DNA of 64,000 bases, from NCBI GenBank assembly GCA_002633005.1, contig NMRA01000123.1, positions 480,553 through 544,552 on the forward strand. The letters are read 5' to 3'. The translations under genes were made by a program, and so were the position numbers. This document shows positions 1 to 13,436 of the stretch, piece by piece. The first letter of the stretch is position 1. Each line of letters opens with the position of its first letter. Source of the DNA: Phoronis australis. Taxonomy: Eukaryota > Animalia > Phoronida. The notes below the pieces were generated by a model that was not told where the DNA came from, did no database searches, and was given only the letters and a program-made list of their open reading frames with translations.

Positions 1-117
1 TTAGCTTTTCCTCTGCGTCGACCTCAGCGTGGCACTTGAGTTCAACGGAGGCTACTTCATCCAGATATCTCAAAACAACATTCCCTCGAGGCTTATCGCT
101 TTTCCATTTTATCGGCT
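1..117 (-). CDS. Exon 12 (runs off window): N-half of 5th Ig domain
   Basis: Acceptor ataattaag|, phase 1; EPIKWKSDKPRGNVVLRYLDEVASVELKCHAEVDAEEKL. The CxAxxD motif resembles the last Ig domain of L1-family proteins. Confidence 0.8.
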
Positions 118-1508
118 CTTAATTATGAAACCAACGTAATCGTTTTCATTATATGCTGAGTTATGAGAACCCGCTTATCGGTAAGAAGACATGTTAACAA
201 TCAACGCCACCAACTTAATTTTATGTCGGATATACAAGTTTGCCTGTTCAATAATATTCTTGCACGTGCATCAGCAGATAAAGTTGAAGTAAACACATGT
301 TTTCTGTCAAAATTCAAAGTTCTACTTTTGTCACGCACCGTTTCTAAGATGAAGAATGAGTTTGGGCTGTGGAAGGACTAGAATTACATTTCCTTTTTTT
401 TCCGTCTGGCGTGAACTTCCAAGGTTATGAGATTGGACATGTGCAGGGAGATCACTTTTATACTCAGTAGGTAACGAGACACTTAACGATAAGTGGACCA
501 ATCCAAAGCTGGATTTCGACAGAAACCACGAGCAGGATTTGCACGCAAGTGGACGGGGAAGCGCGCCCTCTGTTTACTCTAAGTATGCAGCTGATTCTTT
601 GGCAAATCATGGCGCCGTCGCAGAGAAATTAGCGAATGGGCTTTCTTCAGAAATTTTCTAGTAAATTTGCAGAAGTTGCGTTAACACGTTTGTTAGTAGG
701 GTCTTTTCATCGATTTATAGCAGAGCTCAGAAACAAATGGTTACTACTTTTCGTTAGATATTGTCATATGATTTTTGAGTGAAAACATGTTGAAATACTC
801 GTGGCATGTAGTTTGGCTGCCAAAATTGGCTCTTAGACTGGAGCTTAAAAGACTATTCCGGGAATTCAGCCAGAACCTCGTGTCTGTGCGTATAAGAATA
901 ACCAGCCTAAATGTCGGGTTTATTGATTAATTTTGCCGATAAATCGTTGATTGCCTACAACCGTACCTCAACCTACTGATGAACAAACATGATGAAAATG
1001 AAGCAATGAAACAAGGATAGATTTGATACGCTATAACTACTACACTGGATCAAAACTCGGAACTTCTCGTGCAAACTCTCTTGGCTTGTCTCGGAGTCCC
1101 AAGCAGTAATAATAGAATGCATAGCAACGTGCTGGAGGGGTTTTTCAAAGGGTTAGAGCTCGATGGCAATACCGTATTGCTGCGCCATATCCGAAATAAT
1201 GCCTTTTTCTTAACCTTTACCCAAATGGTTTGCACATTGGCGCATGCGCGTAAGTTCTGCATACACATGTCCTGTTAGCGCAGTTTTGCACAGATGCCCA
1301 TAGGACTAATGGCGGCCACACGGCAATATCTAATCTGTAACAAAGTGACTACGAGTTTCTAGCTGAATCTTGCTATAATCAATCAAGTGGACGCAAATGA
1401 CCCATTAAGAGGTGATGGAAATCAGCAAAACATGGCTTAGTGCCTTTTAATGTTATGAATTCGCAACCGAAAGGTTATATGTCTAGCTTTGGAATTGGAA
1501 TAACTCAC

Positions 1509-1670
1509 CCATTGTCTTTATCGTGGCGGTGCGAATCCTATAGCCGAGAGCATTCACCAGAACACACTGTATCATCCACGATTTTTGCATGTTTAGAAAC
1601 TCTATTTTTGTTCCTAGGCTCACAATTACATTTGGTTCTCGTTCAGGTACTATGCTATTTATCCGTGGCC
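1509..1670 (-). CDS. Exon 11: C-half of Ig4
   Basis: ttttttcctacaacacag| ... G|gtgagt, 162 nt, phase 1-1; RPRINSIVPEREPNVIVSLGTKIEFLNMQKSWMIQCVLVNALGYRIRTATIKTM (QCxxxNxxGY F-G strands). Confidence 0.85.
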
Positions 1671-2442
1671 CTGTGTTGTAGGAAAAAATGTAAGTACTTT
1701 TACCTGGCAATTGACTGTTAGAGGTGCACATTCACATGTATGGAGCATACCGCCAGTCCACAACATGCTATAGACGTGGTTGGGTGTCGCCGGAAACAGT
1801 CAATTTCCCAGAGGTTCGATTTGAAGAAACTCACCTAAAAGCTAGGTGGCCACCCGGAACACCTTGTGTATTTTCGTAACTTAAAATCAATCTCGGAAGT
1901 AAACGTAATCCGCACATGAGCAGACTTCACTCACTTGACCAGTCACTGTCCATTGAAATGTCGCACGGGGTACTCTATGACTGAACTTAGTACATGCACA
2001 TTTGGAATTTGACTGAAACTTGGCAATGCTAGGACATTATTGAGAATCCTGTCTTTGATTTTGCAAAATTCACGAATTATTCTAATAACACGAGTTTAAC
2101 TGGATGATAACCCTAGAAAGATGCCGTAGGGAGCACAGGAAAAATTCCACAAGTTATCATTCCGTGAGGATAAGCGGACAACCTTAATGCAAACTGTATC
2201 AAAATAGCGCGCAAACCGGTTGACACGCTCTGTAGTTTGGTGCACCACAACGACACAGTTCAGGGACGTGTTGTAAGCGAAGCGGCATGTTAGACATTTG
2301 GTCAAATCTTGTTAAGTCTTTTAAATAGATCGTTGATGGCAAAGTCATATTAGAAGCAAGCAACTCGTACAGTGTATCACAAACACCCAAAACTACAATA
2401 TCACTTAACACTTTTAGGGGTTTGTCAAGCTCAAAATTACGG

Positions 2443-2750
2443 ATTAGCGAAGTTATTAACACTCTTTTTAAGCTTGCCTCGTGATAATGATGTGACTGAG
2501 TAGGTCCTTTCAGAGAGTTTTAGTCCCATTGGTAAATATCTGGCTAACATGATTTACACTTACCTAGCCAATGCAAAGCAGGACCTCTTGCAGAGAACGC
2601 ATTAGCAAAGTTATTAGCATTCTCTTTAAGCTTGCTTTGTTACAATGGGATATAAAATGAGCCATTTCAGAAACATACACTCTCATTGGCTAACATCTGA
2701 CTAATACCGTTTACACTAGCCAATGAAAAGCACGGTTTCATGCAGAGAAC
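2443..2750. repeat. Two diverged tandem copies of a ~155-bp unit
   Basis: attagcRaagttatta...taagcttgc...cattgg...ctagccaatg...gcagagaac occurs twice (2443-2598, 2601-2750). Confidence 0.8.
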
Positions 2751-2799
2751 AACTTCAGACACACGTGATTGATTCTATTACAATCCACTTGTGTTAAAA

Positions 2800-3010
2800 T
2801 TTCTAAAGCCTTGTTACGATACAACGTTTCCGAACTACATGTATGAAGCTGCAAATTCGTTTTTACGACTTCCTCGAGAGCCCGAAATGCTTAGGATGAG
2901 TAGCTCGGAGTAGTGAAGAATGAAAGGTACATGTACGCTGTTAATAGCACGTATGGGGCCGTGAAACATCTCCGTGTCTGTGGCCGGCATTTTGTCGACA
3001 GTGATTTTTC
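2800..3010 (+). pseudogene. Decayed THAP zinc-finger fragment (DNA transposon relic)
   Basis: FLRLPREPEM...KHLRVCGRHFVDSDF matches the THAP FxxFP...RVCxxHFxxxDF pattern; contains stops/indels. Confidence 0.55.
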
Positions 3011-5200
3011 TGACGAGTTCCGGCTTACCAAAGAACTATGCATACGTTCCGTTGCCTGTGCATGTTCACGGCGCCTCTCTAGTATTTCTTGATCAGTGTA
3101 TTACGGTTCGAACTCATAGCCTGTGAAGCTTAACGATCCGACCCGTGAAGTCTTCGTTGGATGGCGAGTTGCCATGTAGACGTTTATCATTCCGCGTTCT
3201 GTTTCAAAATGAATTATTGTCATCCTAACCAAAACTGATATGAAACCGAAACAAAGTCTGTCTCATTCGATACAATTCGTAATGCCTTTGCAGTATTCGT
3301 AAGTACAAATGTTGAGAAGCCAGCAATGAATAAACCACTGCGTTACCGGCTTTTGATGCCGGCAACAAAAGGTAATTGACCGGGCACCGAGGCCGCATGA
3401 GCGCATGCTAATTCAGTGTTTGCTGACAGAAAGCTGTTGTCAAATAATTACTCGATTTTATATGCTATGGTCACATGTTAGGGGAATCTTTATTTAGAAA
3501 CACAAATACGTTATTCAAATCATTGTTACTGTACAACCTTTGCCCTGACGGTGTGTGGAGGGGAACCCAACATCGCAGCTCCCGACAAGTAAGTAGATTT
3601 TCAGTTTCGTGGCTAATTTACATTACGTGCACATTATTTCTTTTGGCTCACTATTATAGTCTTTTCGTGGCTGGAGGTTTAGCTTCCAACTCAAGCTGGT
3701 TTATATTCTCGTCAGTCCCGGCGGCCGCGACTGGCCTGATCGGGTTCCGAGAGACTGGGCGGGGTAACAAGAGTTTTGTGTGTTTAGAACTCAAAAAATT
3801 ACAACTATAAACAACACAGATCAAGGTTTTTCTGTCTGTATTTCACGGAAGAAAACTTCGAATTTATCTCCAAACAAACCTAAACTCCTGCTACGGACCT
3901 TGGCAAATTGTCCCGCCTGACTTTGTAGGCTACGGTGTGTCCAAATACATGTACCAATAAATCAGTAACAACAAAATAACACGACGGGTTTTTATAAGAA
4001 CTCGGTGTATTTTTAAGGGTTTTACATCTAAGTATGATGATTTATTGGTGTTTAACGATGAATTCAAGAGATAAGCTGACACCAGTAACCTGTGAACTGC
4101 TGAACAGACTGCGTGTAAAACCAATAACGTCATTAGATAATTTCATCACCTCCGTCTGTCGTCAGGTGTCAGGTAACGCAACCGAACGTGGCGTTATCCA
4201 GTAGAACTACTCGATCAAAATTGATACAAAATAGGTTGTTTTTTAGGTGGCATTCTCCTTTCAGTTTGCTTTAAAATATGCTTTCTGATTTCACTGCGTC
4301 CACTAACTCATGACTCTGGTGCTCCTCAAATAATCACCTGTTACCATGCTAGGAAAGAATTTGCCGATGTCACCTCAGTTCGTGCCATTTGCATGCAGTT
4401 GACGGTATGTCTCAAAAAAGCTAGAATTGGCAGAGACAACAATGTACATTTTCCGAGTTTTAAAGTAAAACTTCATCCTGTTAGCAACGCGGAGAAAAGA
4501 AAGTGAGTCTTTTAATTAATAAGCCAATTTCCCGTTACTGTACAGACGAAATTATTTATTTTCCAGGAATATTAAAATATTCAACAATCCAGAATATACA
4601 TCTAAGGCTAAAAATCTGCTTTTCTTGGGATAGTATTTTAGTCAAGATTTTTCTTATGTTTTCTGTCAATTAGCATTTAATAAAGTACTGACTGACAAAA
4701 ACAAGCCCATGGAAATAATGGATTTAAATAAGATTGCATAGGTCGAAATAGTGCGTTTCCCGAGAAAATTTAAATTGGATGACCTCTTTCCCAATAAAAG
4801 CCTTAATGTTGGGAATTTTTGGTTATGAAATGACAATTTCTTGAATTCGCTGTGTGCGACAGGCAGCACAACTCCACTCAGCACTAGCATATAATGGTCT
4901 TGCAATTTTTACAAGGACCTTAAGAATCTGTTCTCCAGAGACTTAATATATATGTTAGAGGCAACTGACGTTAATACCAAATCCTGAAAATAAAGTACTA
5001 AATGCAAATACAAGATAACGTTTCTCATAGTTTTCTATGTAAAATAACATAGATAATCATGTTTGAGAAGAACGACAATGGGTTTGGAAATGGCAAGAGG
5101 CAATATGACTAGTTTGAGAAAGGGAAAATGGAAAAGCCTTTTATGCCAATTTGGGCTATATAGCTGAAGGGAAGTAGTTATCTACACAAAGAAGACTCTG

Positions 5201-5601
5201 GGCCCGGTCTCCTATCGTTTTACTCGAAATGGAACTCGAAATTAGGTTTGGCATTTTCTACTCTACCTTTGGGCGAACTCAAGATAAGTGTCTATTATTG
5301 TATGCTCGAGTACACAATAACTTACGTAGATAATTTATTGCCCTTAGTTCACAGTTTGTAAACCCAATATTAAAGCAATAAGTTCGAGTTTGAACTCGAA
5401 TTTTCGAGTCCTTACTCGAGTTTGTAGCACGTATATAAGGGTCTTCAAAGGCAACATTGAACTAGAAACTCCTATGCATAAACTATAATGTATTCGAGCA
5501 CAGTCTGATAACCAATTATCTTAAGTTCGCACAAAAGGAGCAGAGAAATTGCCAAAAATAGTTTCGAGTTCGTTTCGAGTACAAAGATTAGAGACCGGGC
5601 C
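5201..5601. mobile_element. MITE, PIF/Harbinger-like (CWG-flanked)
   Basis: TIRs GGCCCGGTCTC...GAGACCGGGCC, flanked by CTG and CAG; internal repeated ctcgaa/ttcgag motifs and longer imperfect subterminal inverted repeats. Confidence 0.75.
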
Positions 5602-7694
5602 CAGATCTACATATAAGCTGCACTATAAACGCACGTGCAAGACGTGAAATAACAGGTTTACTAATAACTAGCTATCGACAAATAAAGTCGCGTGCGGCGG
5701 ACTAATTTCTCTGCACTGGATTCCAGTCTTGGAAATTCCACTTATCTGGGTCAACAACTGATAGGTTGAAAAGAAATCAAATCATTAAGTTTACTGACAT
5801 AATAAAAAAACAATATCAGCTAAGATATAATTTGTAAGCATACTTCATATTGATTGTATTTAGTAAAACAACAGAGTATGAAGAAAGAATGATCCGATAC
5901 ATGTTGCTAATTAAACGGAAGTCACAAATAAAATCTACGTCACTCGTTCGTCGGGCTCGATCCTTGGAAAGGCGACGGTATTCGTTTACTAGCTTAGATA
6001 CAAACAGAAATATTGATTCTAACAAATCAAACAAGAAACTAGTAAATATATTCCAATGAAAATTCCAATGCAAACGTTGCAAATCGAGTTTTATAGTTGC
6101 CAAAAGCAGTTCGATGAGTATCTAAAATACGTTTACATTGTTGTTCACTTTTTGTGCTGGTTTAAAACTTGAGAAAAATAATCTTTTGTTTCCTTCGACC
6201 TAAATAACTTATGAGGACAGACGCTTCATAAATTGTATAAATAGTCTGGACAAAGAAACACGATGAAAAATTGTATACTTACGGGTGAAAAAAAAATTAG
6301 CCCGGACAAAGAAACACGATGAAAAATGCCAAAATGTGTGTTCAGTCTCGTGAAAATATTTCACTTTGATCATGCTACGACGAAATCCCCACGTATTGTA
6401 CATTTCTACATATTTTTACTAATAATAGCTGAACTACATAATAAGCAATAAACCTGGATATTTTGTTGCAGATTATAGTGTTTGCAATTGTAACACGGAA
6501 TTTATGGATAAATCATGAACGTCGTTTTATTATAGACCACAAAACATCATAATGTCAACAGCCTTGGCCTGACTGCTGGCAGTGAATATGTGGCATCGCT
6601 TGTCAAAGGGTTTGTAAAATTATGTTGCATGTACCACATTGCTACTAATGGCCCACATTTGATAAAGCTAATCAAAAGAATTAGTTAATTATTAATTTCA
6701 TTCTTTTGTATGCGCTTCATGTTGGGTTTATGTTGCTAAGGAAATTGAGTTGGTAGAATTGTTTCAAGAATTTGCGCTGGTAACTACTTTTGGATTTTCA
6801 AAGTAGTGCTATTCGTTTTGCCAGACTAGTCTTTATAGCTTCAATTCGTAACTTATAGTGCTATTGGTTTTGACATACTAGTCTTTGGTTTCAGTTCGTA
6901 ATTGATGCAAATTTACTGCGTGAGGCGCATGCAGGTTTTCTGTTGCTTTAAAAAGGCTATGGGAACAGGAGTTGCGCTGACCATTGATGTTTGGAGTTTC
7001 AAAAGTGTGCTATGGTTATGGCATATCTGGAAGAACATTCATTGCCAATGATATATCGCTCGTCACTGACGTGTGCAGCTCACTAGACTGCTTTAATTGC
7101 AAAACATCCGATTACCATGGCAATGGTGCACGTGCAAGGACGGTAACCGGCCAAGGTTTTTATGGAGGATCACTCAATATTTGATCACTATTTCTTTACG
7201 TGCAAACACGACTGCCACCAAGCCTAAATTGATGATCTTGAACGCGAAAATTTATTGCAACCGTGGTTTAGCATAACCTGTAAAATTCAACAGTAGGTTA
7301 ACCCAGTACTTTTGGAGAGGCTTGCTGTCTCTAACGTAAATTGCCCCCCCCCCCCCCGAAATAACTGATTAGCGACACATGTATCAGCTTAATCCCCCGC
7401 TTCAAGCGGTCCGCTTCTAACATGACTTTGCCCTTAAACGTAGACTTGCTTATGTTCGCCGGCTGAGTAGTACATTATACGATGTTGGTCAGAGTACAGT
7501 ACTCTATGTGACCCTGCTTCTAATTGGCTAGCCAGGCATTAAGGAAAAAAGTTGTCTTATATAAAGGTGGTGCTTACTACACCTAGCAAATGTGAACATT
7601 ATCACACTCCAATGCTAAGTAGCGTAATTTAAATAAAACGAAGGAAACAGAAAATACACGAATGCCTCACGCTCCTAGGTAAGTTATCACTTAC

Positions 7695-7832
7695 TGCTTT
7701 GTATCGTGTTGGTGTACCAGATTGGTAAAGAAGTCTGCGGATGTGTGGGGACGCCTTTGCAACTTACAGACCCAGTGCCACCTCTTGTGACATTGACGTC
7801 TTTGGGCTCCCCATCGAGGAACGTCGGAGGAT
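7695..7832 (-). CDS. Exon 10: N-half of Ig4
   Basis: tttttctttacag| ... A|gtaagt, 138 nt, phase 1-1; YPPTFLDGEPKDVNVTRGGTGSVSCKGVPTHPQTSLPIWYTNTIQS. Confidence 0.9.
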
Positions 7833-8439
7833 CTGTAAAGAAAAATTTGCTCGTTTGTGCAGTGGGTCACTTTTCTAACTAGCTAATTATGCACGACGTC
7901 TGTTTTACTGTCGACAAAAGCATTGCTGGATGGAATACAGCTCTTTAAGTTATTAACTTTGGTTTCAACTACAAAACAGCCCAATCAGTTGCTTTTTGTG
8001 GGTATTTACAACCCTCCTGTTCTAGCTTTTGTTTGCTAGACAATCGATGAAATCAAGGTCGCTAAAAATAGTTTACTTGTTTATTGAGTTATGTTTAAAT
8101 ACGACAGCAGAGCGTTAGACAGTGGCAACTAGTGTGGCTGATAAATTTAACTTCACAGCTGAAAATAATGTGACTTCTTCATCAAACAACGGACTGCATT
8201 TAGAAAATCAAACCATCATTATACCAAGAGCCATATCCATTTCGAAAGTACAATTGTGTGAAAATTATTCATAGACACGAATGTGACGTGCACATGTGAA
8301 CGCGCCCCACATCAGACGGTCATGTCCAGTGTCTTGGACAGGCACCTGCCATATCCGAGCTTCCCCGATGTCACATGGGAATTGAAAAGAGTCAGAGCTT
8401 GATTAAATAATAAGTCACAATGTTACAACCACAACCAAC

Positions 8440-11260
8440 ATAACGCTTCACCAATCCATATTCTACTATAAACAGGTGCAGATTAGAAACCAAGATATGC
8501 GACCTCTGTAGCAAAGAAGTGATCAAACGCTTGGTTGAGCTAGTAATATCAAGCACTCTTATCACTGAACTCCAAAAAGAACTGCTTACTAAAGAGAAAG
8601 GTTTCACCCTACGTAATGCCATCAAACGAGGCCACAGCTACGAAGACGCCCTGCAAAGGCTATGGACCCCTATGCAAGCGCATCAGTTCATGCTTTTCAA
8701 GCAGCGTACCTCGCTCGAACGTACACAAGGCCAAAACGATATTTATCTGCATGTTACAAACTCAGCGTACATAATGCTCTCGGCCGCCAACACTGCCCTG
8801 CAAATCATGACACATGCAGGCATTGCACAAAGTTAGACCGCTGACCCGAATACTGCTTCACCTCAAAAGCGACACCACCATTATCACTTGTACAATGCAG
8901 ACCCTGAGAGATAGCTTACCGTCAAGACACGTTATTAGAAACAGTTATTTCACGCACTTGTCTCTCAAGACGCAGGAATAGAAACTTTTCACCTTTAAAA
9001 GTTTTGAAGCGTCTGCTGCCAAAACACAAGAAGAGGCATATGCCACGTTGAGACAAAAGCTCAGAATCACGAAGCCGTGCACAATCTCAAGTTTAAACCA
9101 TGTAGGACATATAGAAACATGATCCCAAACCAAGTTGACAACAACGGCTACCAGAAAACGCACACAGACATACGTCGGATTAAACGCATACAACGGTATC
9201 ACAATTCAACAATTACTTGTTAATGCAAAAACAGCAAGTGGCAAGACATCCAATTCCACAGTGTAGATCTACCAGCACCAACAGTCGCGGGGTTTCCAAC
9301 TTGTGAGATACTTAAGATTGTAGACATCCTTGCCATTCAGTCACTACACAGCATCAACACGGTTGATGAAATCAAGCAATTATTCCCAACACAGTTCGAT
9401 CGAGCTGGGAGCTTCAAAATACAACTACACTAGCTGATTGTAGAATCGCATGTGCTCCCATCAAGAAAATTTGTAATCGAACAAAATGAAAGGCAACATG
9501 AATGAAACTAGGGATTAACCGGAAGTACGAATAATCAACCGACTCGAGATCCTCTCTTACATACGCACAAAATTTGATGATAGCACACGGGTCTGCCTTT
9601 ACCCCCAACCCCCTTGGCTCAGTAAAGCACTATGGTGGAAGAATCGCATAGTCCCTACTGCAGATGAAGTAAATCGCACATTAGTAGGCTTTTTCCAGCT
9701 GAGTGCAAAAGCAGGCGTGCGCTCAGTAGACGCTAGGACCTACGCTAGGACCTAGCTAAAACCTAGTAAAAGTCACGTGTTCTCATTTAAAATGCACGGC
9801 AATATCTCACGTAATCTCGCGAAGTCTTGCTTTTTAGCGAGGTCCTAGCGTTACTGAACGGGAGGCAGGTTAAGGGTCTGTAATGCTACAACAATGTATC
9901 AAAGAACACAGTTCAGACTCCCTTTGGTCGCCACAGCTTCTGCAAACTTAAGTTTGTCAGTCAAGACATGTTACAAATGGAAATGGACCGCAGATACAAA
10001 GGCGCATGGGGCATAGCAAAGGACAACATGACGATTCCGACCCGTTCTAACCTTTGACATTAGCAAGGAAGAGCTTGACGCCAACAAAGCAGATATATAC
10101 ATGTATCGAAATTGAACTGGTCGCTGTTCTTTTGGTACACAACCTTTCCACAATTACCTCTATGGAAGGCATATTTGGACCACAAATACTTTGTCGTGTT
10201 TCTCAACAAAGAAAATAGAGTTGATTTTGTCCAATTCTCCAACAACACACCAAAGACAATCCCAAATTGTTGTCTCTCCAAGATAGCATCGTCAAGGAAT
10301 GACCAGATAAAATGTCATAACACCCTGAAAGACCTTGCCAGTTCTGGCATTTGAGAGATGAACTATCAGTTGAAAATGTTCTAGTGTTGAACGAACACCG
10401 GACATCGCTGCGACTAAATTTCTTTGGTCAGCTTCATACTGTTCACTTCGGTGTGGAGAATACAAAGCTCCCAGCCAGAAGTACTGTGTACTGGATCAGC
10501 ATAAATGGCGACATTTGCAGCGTTATTTGCAACCGGTCAGTATGTCAAGAACATCAAATATCCCTGACTTCCGAGCCACTGATGAAGCATGACATATCCA
10601 GCCAACAATGGTGAACTCTGGGTACCCATATTTATGAACTATGGTAACGAGTGATTAATCACAGCAGATTACAACTGTAAATTCCCTGTCATTAAACCAC
10701 TGCCCAAACTGTCACCCAGCAACAACAAAGAATTTTTCTCTGAGCTTGCAATCCATTACAAGGTGATGAGCTGCAAAGTTCCGCAGTTCACCTGCCATCT
10801 AAATAATACGTTTGCAAGTTCAAGCATGCATGCGATGTCACCTCCACGAAGTCCACAAGGTAACGGTTTCGTCGAAACCCAAGTTCAAACAGTCAAAAAC
10901 CTCTCAAAAATGCCAAGCATTCACAAACCGATCCCCACTTGATCCTGTTGTTATGGTGCTCAATACCAGTCCCTGCTACAATACCCAGCCTGGCAGATCT
11001 TTTCTTGTGTAGCACGTTCAACTCGACAATTACTTCCAGACAATAGACACAGCGCAACCGACGACTTTTGAGAACCCTGGGTAAATCAGAGCAAAAGTTC
11101 TACTTCGATCACCGACAAGTGACCTACCGCCTCTCCACGTCGGAAAACAGGTTACAGTTCAGCCCCATGCCACTTTGGGCGACAACATCAGACACATACA
11201 TACCACAGGATGTAAATAGGCGTGCGTTCTGGCGGAACCGATAACACATTGCTATAGTTC
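8440..11260 (+). mobile_element. Highly decayed Ty3/gypsy retrotransposon (gag-pol relic)
   Basis: Gag-like LQKELLTKEKGFTL, knuckle HCPANHDTCRHC, RT-like LSAKAG.GSV, RNase H-like FHNYLYG, integrase-like RDELSVENVLVL..HFGVENTK..ARSTVYW..C; many frameshifts. Purine tract then TGTTG near 11300; no 5' LTR found. Confidence 0.75.
9715..9865. mobile_element. ~150-bp MITE inserted in the RT relic
   Basis: Inverted ends gctcagtagacgctaggacct / aggtcctagcgttactgaac; (G)CAG(G) is duplicated on both sides. Removing it restores the LxAKAG-x-x-SV RT motif. Confidence 0.7.
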
Positions 11261-12150
11261 CACCTTACATGTATTTTGTGCGTAAAGGTTGCTTTTGGAA
11301 AAAAGAATGTTGCCGTACTAAGCCTCCTCCTACCGTGTTGCCGTAAGATCTGAACTTCCGGTGGACAAATAGTAATTATAGGCTTGTTCCTTATGTGCTC
11401 TATCGATGAGGGAACACAGTTCGTTATAGTAACAAATGGACTTGAGCTGTTATGCTTACTGGCAACAAAGGAAATCGTTCCAGCGTGATTTCAAAATAGA
11501 GTTTGTTGTAACAAGAAATCTTACAAATGGTTTTCAATCAGATTTTACTCCATAAAAATGCTTAAAAATAATACTTGTTTTTTGTACTTTTTTAACCTTT
11601 CCATTATAGCTCATTGTCAGTTTTGAACTGCAGTAAAGCCAATTCGTTGAGGCAAACAGTTAAGCTTGTAGGCAACCCCCTATTTACGGTGACCCATGCG
11701 GATTTGAGTCCCTCAAATCACATAGTCGCGGAAGCTGTATTAAAGTACGCTTAGCTAAGGGCCACATCAGACGGAATGCTATCGGCTGAGCTGTCTGTTT
11801 CAAGAAAACGATTGCTGCGCTGACATTTCACGTGACGGTGAGGCAGCAATTGGATGAACCACTCGTGCCTTGTTCTAGACGAGAGCTGTCGACTGTCTTG
11901 CGCGTTTCAGCCGGTATTTCGAGGTCATGAGTGCTAGATCTGTATGTTGAGGTTAAATGGTCTCTGCATTTTAATACGGTTTGAAAGTTCACAAAACACA
12001 ACAAATAAAAAACAACTCTTTTTCTTGGGGACAAATCAATTCGGGAAGAGGACAGAAGGAAAAGGTGTTGGAAGTTTCCAAATCCCCTCAACATCAGCTG
12101 CACGTCACCATGTTCTCCACATGGTCCCCCAACCCCTCCTTGTCACTTAC

Positions 12151-12338
12151 ACCTCACTTTTACGTTGTAATGGCCACATATCTCATGCTCAAAGAAAAAC
12201 ACAGCGCAGCCCGTGTAAGTTCCCTCGTGGTCTGGGCCGGCGTCCATGAAAATTTTTGAGTTGGGAAGATGGCCATCTTTAATTTTGCTCGGATCCAATG
12301 TCGTCGGATACTCCCACCGCTTGACTTTTGGAGTAGGG
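12151..12338 (-). CDS. Exon 9: C-part of Ig3
   Basis: cctatttcag| ... T|gtaagt, 188 nt, phase 2-1; DPTPKVKRWEYPTTLDPSKIKDGHLPNSKIFMDAGPDHEGTYTGCAVFFFEHEICGHYNVKVR. Confidence 0.88.
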
Positions 12339-13436
12339 CTGAAATAGGCATCAGTAAAAGAGCGTTCTCCGTAAATATGAAAATTTAATACAGTAGACAT
12401 TCAAGGTTGTGTCTTTTCTGAAGAATCGTAGGATGTTTAACAAAAGCAACGCAAGGTGTGGCTACGCGTCCACAGTGAAGCACGAAAGGTAGGTTTCAAT
12501 GGACGCTTATCAGTTTCATGTATGGAGCAATTTGAATACGAATTTTAACTGCAAAGTGTTAAGTACCCCACGCTTTAAACTTAACTTGAAATCAAAACGT
12601 TAAAACAAAAAAAACAATGCATGGCTTACAGGCACACTGCAACAGGTATCCAAAAATAGGACGTCTAGTATATTTCTTTTCAATGAAGATTGGGCAAACA
12701 GACACATCGTGACATAAAGGGCATAACACAAAACTGAAAGGCAACAAGGAGATTTTGCGACTGTCAGACCCGCCACCAAAAATTGTCTGATATCAGGGCA
12801 TTGCCGTCTTATACACTGTCTATATGAGCCAAAGCTTCATTGATTTCCGGCAGGGCCTTTTCTATGCATCATCCGGAAATGCTCTTCTTCCGAAAAACAG
12901 ACTCTTGCTAAGACCAAGTTGTCTACCCACAAAGGGGTGATAAAGTAGGCAGGTTAGCCCAAAAACGACAATTGCCAGATCATGGTAACAAATGCCCCAG
13001 TCTCAAGTTTCGTTGAAATCGGTCAATTAGTTCTCTTGATATCATCAAAAAATGCTCATGTCCAAAATAATTGAAAACTACATCTCCTGAAGCTCAAGCA
13101 AAGGGAAATTGTGACATGCACTGCCTAAGCTTTGCTCTACTCCCTTATGGCAATGTTTTTCAAAATGCGATGAGGAGATTTTGAGACGTCGAGTATGAAA
13201 ACTAAAGACAACAGGACAACTGAACAAAATGGCCAGAAGGAACTGCGGCAGTCAAGTTTACATGGAATTGTTTGATGCCAGATATCGGGCAGCTGTCTAG
13301 TCGTGTGCCCATGCAAATTTGGAGGTCTTTCCGAGTGTACGGGAGCTTTTTGAGGATGCTCACAGCTGCAGCTAGAGTGGTACTTAATAGCACTTGCTTA
13401 AACAGTACACACCATGGATTTTTGCACATTTTGAAT

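Noticed and set aside
2096-2400. Possible Ig C-half (TIYLKDLTRFD / KCLTCRF)
   Set aside because: It needs a frameshift and has no good donor; 1509-1670 supplies that half-domain cleanly.
6248-6900. Small two-copy duplications (6248-6327, 6827-6905)
   Set aside because: Ordinary local tandem duplications in an intron.
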